Below, in pieces: positions 9,514 to 18,725 of a DNA stretch of 64,000 nt. The DNA comes from a virus. Lineage: Duplodnaviria; Caudoviricetes. The DNA is taken from positions 1 through 64,000 of the IMG/VR virus record IMGVR_UViG_3300032038_000015; one strand, given 5' to 3'. A program made the position numbers and the translations under genes. Positions within the stretch are counted from its first letter, which is position 1. Every line of letters starts with the position of its first letter. The notes beneath the pieces were generated by a model that made no database searches, was not told the origin of the DNA, and worked only from the letters and a program-made list of their open reading frames with translations.

Positions 9514-9816
9514 CTATGCTTCATAATCAAATTCGCTTAATCCTGTATCAGTTACATATGCCTGTACAGCTTCAACATATGTTCCTTCAAAGTTTCCATT
9601 CTCTGTATTATAACTGCTTGACTCTTCTTCAGTTTCACAATCATAATGTAAGAAAATATTCGTGATCAAGTTTTCCATTGATGTTTTTGGCTCGTATTTC
9701 TGCTCTCTAATCCACACTGCCATATAATCGTAATCACACCATTTTTCTTTTGGGTATTTACTATAATCTTTTTCTTCCGTCCATTCACCTGTCCACTGAT
9801 CTACCATATTATTCAC
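9514..9816 (-). CDS. Hypothetical acidic protein
   Basis: ORF. Confidence 0.7.
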   Translation of the reverse strand: MNNMVDQWTGEWTEEKDYSKYPKEKWCDYDYMAVWIREQKYEPKTSMENLITNIFLHYDCETEEESSSYNTENGNFEGTYVEAVQAYVTDTGLSEFDYEA

Positions 9817-10117
9817 TCCAATCTTCTAATAACTCATACACTTCGTCTTTATTGTCATACATGTACTGATTAAACGCTTCGTAATCTCCATCTTTATCAG
9901 GAAATTTTTCAATAAATCTTTCCCACATTGCATCTGACACCACATTTTCATTGAATAATTTTCCATTGTATTCAAGTTCTGCATCTGCCCATTCTCCGTG
10001 TGAAATATACCCAATATCTTCAATTCCGCAATAGTTTGGATATTCTTTCATCGGGAAGCTTGCTACACCATTTTTTACTACAAAATCTCTTTCTATTGTG
10101 CTTGTCATTTTAATCAC
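9809..10117 (-). CDS. Hypothetical acidic protein
   Basis: ORF. Confidence 0.7.
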   Translation of the reverse strand: MIKMTSTIERDFVVKNGVASFPMKEYPNYCGIEDIGYISHGEWADAELEYNGKLFNENVVSDAMWERFIEKFPDKDGDYEAFNQYMYDNKDEVYELLEDWSE

Positions 10118-10338
10118 TCTCCCTTTAATGTAAGTAATGATTTAACAAATTCTTCCGCCTCTTCTTTTGTATCAAATTTCCAACCACCAAAATGTGAGCC
10201 AATAGGACTCATTGTATATCCTTCAATATGCCATTTGTCATTTACAAAACTTGGCTCTGTTATCTTTATCCGTTCAATCCTATTAATATTGATGAACTCA
10301 TCATAATCTGTTCTTATAAAAGCGTCTCTTGTCATCAT
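10114..10338 (-). CDS. Hypothetical protein
   Basis: ORF. Confidence 0.65.
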   Translation of the reverse strand: MMTRDAFIRTDYDEFININRIERIKITEPSFVNDKWHIEGYTMSPIGSHFGGWKFDTKEEAEEFVKSLLTLKGE

Positions 10339-10343
10339 AATTC

Positions 10344-10547
10344 CTACACCTCCATTTCAATTCCAAATTCATCGTATAAAAGTTTCTCAAATTCAGGATC
10401 TCTCTTTAAATATTCTCTTAAAAATAAATCAGGCTCGCATGGTGCAAGTCTGAAATGTAAATCTTCTCTTATGTCATCATTCATATAAGTTGCAATTGTG
10501 TCCATAAGCTCCTGTGTAATATTAAATTTCCGTCCATATCTCAGCAT
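10344..10547 (-). CDS. Possible AcrIC5-like anti-CRISPR protein
   Basis: YMNDDIREDLHFRLAPCEPDLFLREY resembles the recalled AcrIC5-family motif MDxxIREELH..LAPC...EF...Y. Confidence 0.5.
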   Translation of the reverse strand: MLRYGRKFNITQELMDTIATYMNDDIREDLHFRLAPCEPDLFLREYLKRDPEFEKLLYDEFGIEMEV

Positions 10548-10592
10548 AATTATTTACCTCACTTTCTAAATAAACAGTTCTTTCTTTTGGTT

Positions 10593-10898
10593 TTATACTG
10601 TTGGTTTAGCTTTTCTTACGAAACCAATTTCCTGACACATATAATTTAACCAACTTGTATTATGATCAGCCAGTTTCTTTGTTTTCCTATATACTCCATT
10701 TTTATCTGCTTGTTTATTTTCAATACATCTTATCAATGTTTTATAATCATCAATAGGCACAATTTCCGCTGTAATTTTTGTGAAGCGATTAGTTGCTTTA
10801 TAAACATTGTTTCCTAAAGACTCAATCTTACATAAAACCTCATTTTCGTCTGTATCTGTTCTAGTCCAAATATTATTTTCTATTTTATCTATTATCAT
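10593..10898 (-). CDS. Hypothetical protein
   Basis: ORF. Confidence 0.7.
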   Translation of the reverse strand: MIIDKIENNIWTRTDTDENEVLCKIESLGNNVYKATNRFTKITAEIVPIDDYKTLIRCIENKQADKNGVYRKTKKLADHNTSWLNYMCQEIGFVRKAKPTV

Positions 10899-10910
10899 AA
10901 TTGCTACCCC

Positions 10911-11405
10911 CTATCCAAAAATCGGTTCTCTTATAACGCTAATACTTCTACATCTTTTCAAATCTACAATGCTTGTAACAGTTTTTCGTTTTGCTTTACT
11001 TTCTCCATATGGATTAAATTCACCCTCAGTTACTTCATATCCAGTCTCCAATATACAATTTTTACTCTGAATATATCTTTTCCATTCCTTATAACATCTT
11101 AATGCGTCATATAAATCATCTGGATCATATCTAAGCTGCTGTGTATAATAAAACTCGTTTGAGTCTTTCTTAAAGAAACAAATACATTTTCCTACAACTC
11201 GTGGTTTCTTTTCTTCTGCTCGTAATGCTCGTTTTAATTCAATCAACAACTTTTCGTTCTCTCCGCATACTGCCAAATATGCCAAGCGACTTCTTACTTC
11301 TTCAGGAAAATTTATATGTTTTCCATTTATGGAGAATCCCACTGATTCAGGTGCATATTTATATCCACACCAATGAAAATTTTCATGCTTTCTCATTTCA
11401 ATCAA
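10911..11405 (-). CDS. Hypothetical protein
   Basis: ORF. Confidence 0.7.
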   Translation of the reverse strand: MIEMRKHENFHWCGYKYAPESVGFSINGKHINFPEEVRSRLAYLAVCGENEKLLIELKRALRAEEKKPRVVGKCICFFKKDSNEFYYTQQLRYDPDDLYDALRCYKEWKRYIQSKNCILETGYEVTEGEFNPYGESKAKRKTVTSIVDLKRCRSISVIREPIFG

Positions 11406-11655
11406 CCTCCCATCTATAACCTGTTTCTTTACTATTTGTAATTTTTGCTACTTCATATTTACAAGTCATTCCTTTATAAGAATGTTTTTCAATCCATTCA
11501 TTTGCTTTCTTTTTAGTATCGAATACCAAGATATTTCCTTCGTCCATATAACCAAATTTTGTTGTACCTTTTGACGCAACCATATTCCGTAATATACCGT
11601 CAATTTCTATGATTCCATAATATTCTTTATATGTTTTTGCTTCTGCTAGTCGCAT
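11398..11655 (-). CDS. Hypothetical protein
   Basis: ORF, RBS aaggag. Confidence 0.7.
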   Translation of the reverse strand: MRLAEAKTYKEYYGIIEIDGILRNMVASKGTTKFGYMDEGNILVFDTKKKANEWIEKHSYKGMTCKYEVAKITNSKETGYRWEVD

Positions 11656-11722
11656 TTCACATTCTCCTTCCTAATAAATAAGACAGACACATTTGTTTGC
11701 GTCTGCCTTATTATTCTCTGTT

Positions 11723-12211
11723 TTACCACCATTCCTCGTCTTCTTCATCATCATCAGATTCCCAACCTTGATTCGGATCGCTTAACGATGGTTCCACATC
11801 TTCGTATTCCATTTCTCTTGTAGTAATTTTAATTGGGTACTCAAGAGCTGCGTTATCTTCATCGTAACAAGCCATTACAATTCCAAGCCAACGAAGTTCG
11901 CAATCAATTTCTTTCCCATCATAATATGCCTGTAAGTTTGTAACATCATTTTCACTTGTACTACATTTCCAATTTCCATCCTTAATTCTACGAATGATTT
12001 CAGGAATCATTTCCTTGTTCCATTCTGGAATTAAATCATAAATATCATAATCATATCTGCCAAATCTTCCATATCCATCATAACAACTTTCGTAAATTGC
12101 CTTTCCGTATTTCTTTTGAAATGGTTTCGGTACAAGCAAATATGTATCTGCTCTTTTATTATCAATTACTTGTTTGTTTGTATCGCTGTAAATCCAACTG
12201 AACTGTCCCAT
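11723..12211 (-). CDS. Hypothetical protein (MGQFSW...YDGYG motif, acidic tail)
   Basis: ORF with RBS. Confidence 0.75.
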   Translation of the reverse strand: MGQFSWIYSDTNKQVIDNKRADTYLLVPKPFQKKYGKAIYESCYDGYGRFGRYDYDIYDLIPEWNKEMIPEIIRRIKDGNWKCSTSENDVTNLQAYYDGKEIDCELRWLGIVMACYDEDNAALEYPIKITTREMEYEDVEPSLSDPNQGWESDDDEEDEEWW

Positions 12212-12265
12212 ATTATCACCTTTTACCTTTCTAAATTTTCACTATAAATTACAATTTCCTTTGCT

Positions 12266-12802
12266 TTAATTCCATGCGTCATCGCCACAATTTAACTTCA
12301 CATCAGTGAGTACATAGTCCCAACTTGTACCATAATGTGTTACGCCCCATAAATACATATCAAGTGCTTCATTATAATACAGTGGATCATCTGTATATTC
12401 CTTAATAATATCAGCTCCGTTTTCATCCACAATGTACCACTGAAATACTTCTGGTGGATAATCTTGCTGATTCTGCAATTCGTCAATTCGTGACTGCATT
12501 TCATCGATTTCGCTTTCAAGCACCTTGTAATCATTAGACTTTTCATCAAGTTCTTCCATTTTCTCTTCTGTGTCAGAGATTTTATTTTCAAGTTCTTCGA
12601 TTTCATCAGAGTTATCAATCATTCCGTTTTCCTGATTCCAATATCCAATTCCATTTGAATCTGTGATACTCATAATGTCATTGTTTAATACTGCATCAAA
12701 TGCCTTTGCAAGTGTCCTATAATCAAGATAACCCTGTTCCTTTGCGTAATCACTTACTTCGTTTCCATAAAAATATGTTCCTGCTAATTTTCTTCTACTC
12801 AT
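12266..12802 (-). CDS. Highly acidic protein with coiled-coil insert
   Basis: ORF, RBS aggagg; C-terminal WGVTHYGTSWDYV. Confidence 0.75.
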   Translation of the reverse strand: MSRRKLAGTYFYGNEVSDYAKEQGYLDYRTLAKAFDAVLNNDIMSITDSNGIGYWNQENGMIDNSDEIEELENKISDTEEKMEELDEKSNDYKVLESEIDEMQSRIDELQNQQDYPPEVFQWYIVDENGADIIKEYTDDPLYYNEALDMYLWGVTHYGTSWDYVLTDVKLNCGDDAWN

Positions 12803-12916
12803 AATTCGTTTCCTCCTTGTAATAAAATAGGCAGCTAGGTATTTATTCTCCTAACTGCCTTTGCGGTTGCGTTATTTTTGTTTAGTTGCTAAACCAAGAA
12901 ATCTTAGTTTACTTTA

Positions 12917-13132
12917 CTATCTAAATGTTCCTATTTTGCAAAGTTCACTTGTATCGACTTTTTCGATTTCTTCATAAAGCTTTTCTAATTCACCTGCTAA
13001 TTCGTTTTTGCCTATTGCTTTCAATCCATGCATTAAATAATATGGATAATTACCTAAATCAAATCTTGTTTTTATATTTGCCTTATGGTCACGCATAGCA
13101 GATACCATTTTATCTAACTCCTGTGGTGTCAT
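12917..13132 (-). CDS. Hypothetical protein
   Basis: ORF, RBS ggagg. Confidence 0.7.
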   Translation of the reverse strand: MTPQELDKMVSAMRDHKANIKTRFDLGNYPYYLMHGLKAIGKNELAGELEKLYEEIEKVDTSELCKIGTFR

Positions 13133-13169
13133 TTAATCGCCTCCATTTCCCTAGTAAATGCGAATTTCT

Positions 13170-13421
13170 TTACTCTGTATCACACAACATGTATCCCATA
13201 CCTGCTAATATATCTGGTGCATTATCATAATTGATTTCCTCAAAATCTTCTTCCATCCATGATAAAGTTCCCTTGCAGTCGCATTCAGGACAAGTATCTT
13301 CTCCATGATTTATCAGTATTACCCTTCCACAATTATTACATGCTACAAAATCACAACATTCACTTTTATTTTCGCTTGTAACTCTGTCTAATACAATGTT
13401 TTTATCCATTTTATTCACCAT
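13170..13421 (-). CDS. Zinc-ribbon protein
   Basis: CNNC...CPEC. Confidence 0.7.
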   Translation of the reverse strand: MVNKMDKNIVLDRVTSENKSECCDFVACNNCGRVILINHGEDTCPECDCKGTLSWMEEDFEEINYDNAPDILAGMGYMLCDTE

Positions 13422-13590
13422 TTACCTTTCTTAAAATCCACATGAAATATCCATTTCTACTTGCATTTCCTCCACTCGCTCAAATATTACTTTACCGCTT
13501 CCAGTGCAATGTAATATTTTCTATTCTGTCTCCATGATACCAATCTTTAAATTTAATTTTTAAATACCAATATTTTTTCATTTAATCACC

Positions 13591-14055
13591 TCACAAAAAT
13601 TTATCAAAATAATTTTCATTTCCCATGTCATGCAACAATATAGGCTTTATACATTTTGCTTCATGGTTTGGTGTTCTTCTGTACGCTGAATAGTTATCCA
13701 TGAACAATACAAACCCACATCTAACACCTCTCATTTTTAACAGTGTCCCGTTTTCTGTAATATATAAGTTAATATTCTCTAGTCCTCTAAATGATGTGAA
13801 GCTATCATTTCTATTGATTGCACTACTAAGTAATTCTTTTTTATTTTCTGGCATATTTTCAAGTAAAATTTCTGCAACCTGTTGATATACACTTTCTGTT
13901 ATTCTAAAACCAAACTTTTCAAATGATTTTAGATAGTTTATGCAATCATTTATTTTATAGCTTTCAAATATTATTCTCTGTTTTCCAAATCTCTCTGTGT
14001 CTGCCTTTACAACATACGTATTATTCGTTGTTTTCTCAATTTTGATGTTTTTCAT
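13591..14055 (-). CDS. Hypothetical protein
   Basis: ORF, RBS aggaggg. Confidence 0.7.
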   Translation of the reverse strand: MKNIKIEKTTNNTYVVKADTERFGKQRIIFESYKINDCINYLKSFEKFGFRITESVYQQVAEILLENMPENKKELLSSAINRNDSFTSFRGLENINLYITENGTLLKMRGVRCGFVLFMDNYSAYRRTPNHEAKCIKPILLHDMGNENYFDKFL

Positions 14056-14203
14056 ATATTATACCCTCCCTTCTTCAAACAAATAAATATCAATAATTTC
14101 ATAACGTCTACCAAAACGCAATTTCATTTCGTCTCTAGCATCTTCTTTAAATTAAATTCACCTGTACAACCATTTCCAGCATCATATAAGCATTTATATA
14201 ATC

Positions 14204-14401
14204 TCATTTCATCACCTCCAAGTTATTCTCCTTTATAAGTCTTTCCCTTACCATTCTGTTCAAGTCCTTATTAACTGCTATGATTTTATGAGAAGTCCTG
14301 TTCATATAGATAAAATGACTCCCTTTACATCGAGTAAATTTGTATCCATTCCGTAATAGAATGGGTTCAAATTCTCTTAGTTGCTTTGTCTTTCTATACA
14401 T
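14204..14401 (-). CDS. HicA-family mRNA interferase-like protein
   Basis: ILLRNGYKFTRCKGSHFIY with catalytic GSH, 65 aa. Confidence 0.7.
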   Translation of the reverse strand: MYRKTKQLREFEPILLRNGYKFTRCKGSHFIYMNRTSHKIIAVNKDLNRMVRERLIKENNLEVMK

Positions 14402-14464
14402 ATTGTTTCACTTCCTTCCTATTTGTATAAAAATAACGGCTTGCTTTCGCTTGCCGTTTAGTTA

Positions 14465-14620
14465 TTAAACTTCTTCAAATACTCCTGACTTGAGCATATC
14501 AGAAATCCAACACTCGAAATCTGGATATTCTGCTTTGTCTGCCATATCTCTATAGACCTCCTGCAACTGTTCTTCTGTGAACGTTCTGCCTTTTAGTGGT
14601 TCTTCATAAGTGATGTACAT
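14465..14620 (-). CDS. Small acidic protein (51 aa)
   Basis: MYITYEEPLKG...WISDMLKSGVFEEV, RBS aggag. Confidence 0.65.
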   Translation of the reverse strand: MYITYEEPLKGRTFTEEQLQEVYRDMADKAEYPDFECWISDMLKSGVFEEV

Positions 14621-14638
14621 TACCAACCACTCCTTTCT

Positions 14639-14818
14639 TTAAAATAATGAAGCTAATATGTGTGCAAAGCTTTCATTTTTCTTTTTTCTTTTTCTTCTCT
14701 TGTTTCTCTTATATCGTTCTTCAGCATATTCCATTTGAGAATATGCAATTTCTGCTTCTGGTCTTGTGTCTATTATTTCAAGACCATTGTAAGCCTGGAA
14801 CACGATTGCCTTTTGCAT
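14639..14818 (-). CDS. Small protein with basic C-terminus (59 aa)
   Basis: MQKAIVFQAYNGLEIIDTRPEAE..., RBS aaggag. Confidence 0.6.
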   Translation of the reverse strand: MQKAIVFQAYNGLEIIDTRPEAEIAYSQMEYAEERYKRNKRRKRKKKNESFAHILASLF

Positions 14819-15109
14819 TTATATTCTCCTTTCTGTATTAAAAAAGCGATGCTAACTGTCTTGCTAACATCACTTTAGATAATCCACTTGTGCGGATTCC
14901 TAATTTCTTTTTCTGGCATATATATTATCAAAATTATTAGCAATTTGAAATAATTTTAATTCTTTCTTTAAAGCTTCATTATCTGTAAATGTAAACATTT
15001 GTTATCACTCTCCCTTCAAAGTTTTACACTTACAGTATAAATCTTTGTGCTTACATTGTCAAGTTTAGCAGCTAAACTAGATTTCAGTTTAGCCACTAAA
15101 CATTTGCCT

Positions 15110-15316
15110 TTATCCTTCCATGCCAAATATAATATAAGCATAGATATTTCCTCTAATTTCCGTTGGGATATCATTTTGCCTTTCAATTATATCGTCAATG
15201 GTCTTATATCCATTTTGACGCAGATACTCCAATGATTCTTTACGTACTTTTAGAGTCTCTATGCTTTGCCTTCTGACATTTTCTGGGACTTTATGAACTA
15301 TTGCTTTTTCGGACAT
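15110..15316 (-). CDS. Hypothetical protein, possible RNAP alpha-CTD-like fold
   Basis: SIETLKVRKESLEYLRQNGYKTIDDII; RBS aggagg. Confidence 0.55.
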   Translation of the reverse strand: MSEKAIVHKVPENVRRQSIETLKVRKESLEYLRQNGYKTIDDIIERQNDIPTEIRGNIYAYIIFGMEG

Positions 15317-15469
15317 ATTGTGTCCTCCTTCCTATTTTTAGGCACACTGTATCTATCTACAATGTTACCATAAAAACAACCTCCTTTCAATTTCCGTTTC
15401 GCTTCTGCTCATCGGTTACGGACTTACACCGTAAGACGGAAGGCAGATTGTTAGTCTGCCTTTGTAATA

Positions 15470-15841
15470 TTAAGAATAAAGTGAGATGGTATCCCATGCA
15501 TCCCATACTATAGGCATATCATCATCAGATAATTTTTTAAACTGCCTTACAAATGCAGGTAAACAAATTAACGGAAGATTGTGGATGATCGGTCTATCTT
15601 CTGTAAAAATGCTTCCATCTGCATTTTCCATATCAAGAGGGAGCCAAGTTTCTCCGTTTACTGTAAATAATGCAACTTCAATTACTTCATCGCACATATT
15701 AAATTCACCACCGCATACAATATCAAGCGTACAATTATCGCACTTGATTGTAAAATTGCTTCTTTTGCTTTTCATTGAGGCTTCTTTTAAAATAGCAATA
15801 GCCTCATTCATAGTGCAATTGTTTAAATTTTTCTTTTCCAT
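15470..15841 (-). CDS. Hypothetical protein
   Basis: RBS aggaggt before ATG 15841. Confidence 0.7.
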   Translation of the reverse strand: MEKKNLNNCTMNEAIAILKEASMKSKRSNFTIKCDNCTLDIVCGGEFNMCDEVIEVALFTVNGETWLPLDMENADGSIFTEDRPIIHNLPLICLPAFVRQFKKLSDDDMPIVWDAWDTISLYS

Positions 15842-15860
15842 GATTATACCTCCTGTAAAT

Positions 15861-16319
15861 CTAATATCTTTGAAAATCGTGTAATGGATTTTTTGAGCAC
15901 TCATAATCCGTAATTGTTTTATCAGCACAATAATTTTCTTTGTCAAGTCGAATACCAGAACCGCCAGACTTATGTTTTCTTGAATGTTTCATCATGTTTT
16001 GAATACTTTGTGTATGTCTATCATGTTTAGTTACTAAACTCTTTTGCAAATCCTCTTCTTTCCACCAGTGGCATTTTGTCCACCACAAACGCATAGTTGT
16101 AGCCCACTGGCAGATATTGCGTGTCGTTTCTGAATTTTCACACACTTTGATCCATCTTGAGCCATCAAACCTACGCAGTTCTAATTCATTGTCATTCTCA
16201 GGCTTGCCGTGAACCGTACAAAACCACCAACCTAATTCATCGCAACCATACCACGCATTGAGTGGAATGTGCTGTCCCCAGATGTATTCGTGGGCATTTT
16301 CGCAAACTGAAATATTCAT
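15861..16319 (-). CDS. Hypothetical protein
   Basis: ORF. Confidence 0.65.
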   Translation of the reverse strand: MNISVCENAHEYIWGQHIPLNAWYGCDELGWWFCTVHGKPENDNELELRRFDGSRWIKVCENSETTRNICQWATTMRLWWTKCHWWKEEDLQKSLVTKHDRHTQSIQNMMKHSRKHKSGGSGIRLDKENYCADKTITDYECSKNPLHDFQRY

Positions 16320-16321
16320 AA

Positions 16322-16681
16322 TTATACCCCCCTAATTTTCACGCCATTGGAAATACATTCCCAAAAACGCAAATAAAAATGTGATGTCATTGACCACTTA
16401 TACCAATTCCATCTGTCGTTACAATATTTTTCATAAGTATCTATATTAGTGCAATAGAGTGATACAGATTTTCTATCATCGTATAAATCTGCAATTTCAT
16501 ACAATGAAAAGCCTAGTTCAAGTGCTTCTCGTACATCTTGATACATTTTTTGTGCCATATAAGGTGATACAGTTGTACCACGCAAAAGGAAGATTTTATT
16601 ATTGTATTTAAATAAAAACATAGCAAGACTTTTGCCAGTTAATATTTCATAACTTGTTGTATTTTGTGCATATAATTCCAT
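16322..16681 (-). CDS. Hypothetical protein
   Basis: RBS aggaggt before ATG 16681. Confidence 0.7.
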   Translation of the reverse strand: MELYAQNTTSYEILTGKSLAMFLFKYNNKIFLLRGTTVSPYMAQKMYQDVREALELGFSLYEIADLYDDRKSVSLYCTNIDTYEKYCNDRWNWYKWSMTSHFYLRFWECISNGVKIRGV

Positions 16682-16936
16682 AACGCAAAACCTCCTATTC
16701 TGAGAGAACCGCATCTATTGCGGTTACTCCGTACTTTATTTCTACAATGTGCATAGCATCCGCTTCAGACTGGCATTGTTTATATTGTTTTGTGGTTTAG
16801 TCGCTAAACAATTTTGATTATTGTTTTTTTTGTTTAGTCACTAAACTGTAAAACAATAAAAAAACGGGTAACAATACCCGAATGACATTACAAAAAGGGC
16901 GGAATTTCACCGCCCTGGTTTTTGTGTTAGTGCTAA

Positions 16937-17593
16937 TTATTTTGCAAGTGTGGCATTTTCAGTAAGCCATTTTTCAAATACAGCTTTATTTACTGTATAA
17001 TCCTTACCCTGATATGTGAGTACCGCAGTTTCTTCTTCCTGGCTTTCTTCCTGGCTTTCTTCCTGGCTGTCGCTGTCTGTGTCGCTGTCTGTATCGCTGT
17101 CTGTCTCACTGTCTGTATTATCAGAAGAAGGTTTTACATAATCTTTTACCATTGTAGCAAGTGTGCTAGCAGACAAGTCCATTAAATCGTCGAATACATA
17201 ACCATCGAATACTTCAGCATTCTCAAAAATGTCAATAATTTTATCATATGAGAATGGATACCGAGCAGTTGCAAAGTCGTTGAAATAATCATTTTCAATG
17301 ATTAAATTCATAGCCTTTATCCAACGGCTTAAGGTTGCTTTACTCCGTCCGACTAGTTTGATATAATCATTTTGTTTAATAGGTTTGTCGCAAGTTGCTT
17401 CACCGTGTACGTTGCCCTTATTATCAGTGTATTCGGGAATGGTTACGCCTGTACCGTATGCACAAAGTAAAGCAATGTTAAATGCTGACTTTTCAACTGA
17501 CTCAAGCCGTGACTTCACGTTATTTATTGTATCGTTTGCTGTCATACCGTTTACAGTTACATTAATGATTGAATTGTTTTTTGTTGTACTCAT
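16937..17593 (-). CDS. First early gene: HTH-containing protein with acidic repeat linker
   Basis: KQNDYIKLVGRSKATLSRWIK HTH-like; SDTD/SQEE 12-bp repeats ~17030-17118. Confidence 0.7.
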   Translation of the reverse strand: MSTTKNNSIINVTVNGMTANDTINNVKSRLESVEKSAFNIALLCAYGTGVTIPEYTDNKGNVHGEATCDKPIKQNDYIKLVGRSKATLSRWIKAMNLIIENDYFNDFATARYPFSYDKIIDIFENAEVFDGYVFDDLMDLSASTLATMVKDYVKPSSDNTDSETDSDTDSDTDSDSQEESQEESQEEETAVLTYQGKDYTVNKAVFEKWLTENATLAK

Positions 17594-17715
17594 AATTAAG
17601 TACCTCCTTTTTATTATTTTTTTGATTTTTTTGTTTAGTGACTAAACTTTTTTGATTTTGTTTAGTGGACTAAACTTTTTTGTACATTACCACATAGCAT
17701 GATTGCCATGCTTAC

Positions 17716-17940
17716 ATTATAAAGGCTTATACTTTATATGTCAAGTATTATTTTTATCTTTTTTGGAGTGCCCAAACACTGTTTATCTCACACAAGATAT
17801 TTTATTCACTTGACTTGATACAAGTATAACAGATATTCTTTTACTTGTCAAGTGTTATTTTCTAATTTCTTAAAATTCTTAAAAAATTATTTATTCTCTT
17901 GACTTGTTTAAAGTATATCATGTTATTAGTTTAAAGTCAA
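17716..17940 (-). promoter_or_regulatory. Three tandem sigma-A early promoters
   Basis: TTGACA-17-TATAAT (17744-17716), TTGACA-17-TATACT (17851-17823), TTGACT-17-TATACT (17940-17912), each with an A/T-rich UP element. Confidence 0.85.
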
Positions 17941-18725
17941 GTATTATTTTTCAAAAAGTTCGATAAAATTATTCCGCTCTGCTAGCCCCCCAGTCTGATT
18001 TTATCTAACTTTTGTTCTATCTGAAAAGAATGTCTAATATATATCTATTATCCACCGTTTTGACTAACGGGGGTAGTTAAAACTAACTAATAGCCCTGGA
18101 AATGCAGCAAACCCTATAGCTGATTCATCCACAGACTTTCTTCAAAATTTTACTTTGTCGATATCCTCAAAATCCCAACAAAACCAAGCAAAATCACAAT
18201 TTCCTCCACCCTAAACCACTTATCGTACCTCATATCGTCAAAACACACTAAAATCAACCATTTCAGCCATTCCCCAACCCAAAAATCAAATCCTCATCCC
18301 ACCAAAAATCTACCCACAATTCCAAAATCTTCCTTATTTATAAGCACTTTTACCGATAACGATTTTTCCAGCAAAAATTACAAATTATATCATCTATATC
18401 AATACCACACTCACCATATCAACTCCCATCTCATACCCCAATCTCTAGCTTAAATCTCACGAAATCGACCAAATTCATTTCAAAATCCATCCAATGATAA
18501 AATCCTTACCTAAATATAAAACTTCCTTATTTCTCTTTCAGAACAAATATAACCCCAATATAGGGGGCTACCATAAAACTATACGCAAAACTATCAAGAC
18601 AGTAATCGCACTGTCTTATTTTTTATGCAAAAAAAACAAATCAAACAGAGAATATATAAACAGAGAATATATAACAAGAAACTTGTAAATCGAAATAATA
18701 TAAGCACAAGAAAGGATAGAGAAAT

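Larger units (their letters stand above)
12880..17675. promoter_or_regulatory. Cluster of GTTTAG-N3-CTAAAC palindromic operators
   Basis: Copies at 12880, 14456 (1 mismatch), 15063, 15087, 16025, 16795, 16832, 17633, 17660 (N4). Confidence 0.75.

Noticed and set aside
973-17645. Numerous + strand ORFs in the leftward region (and - strand ORFs in the rightward region)
   Set aside because: Antisense shadows of RBS-bearing genes; Ser/Phe/Ile-rich
18494-18688. 64-aa ORF in terminus-like region
   Set aside because: No RBS; crosses a terminator and promoter-like repeats
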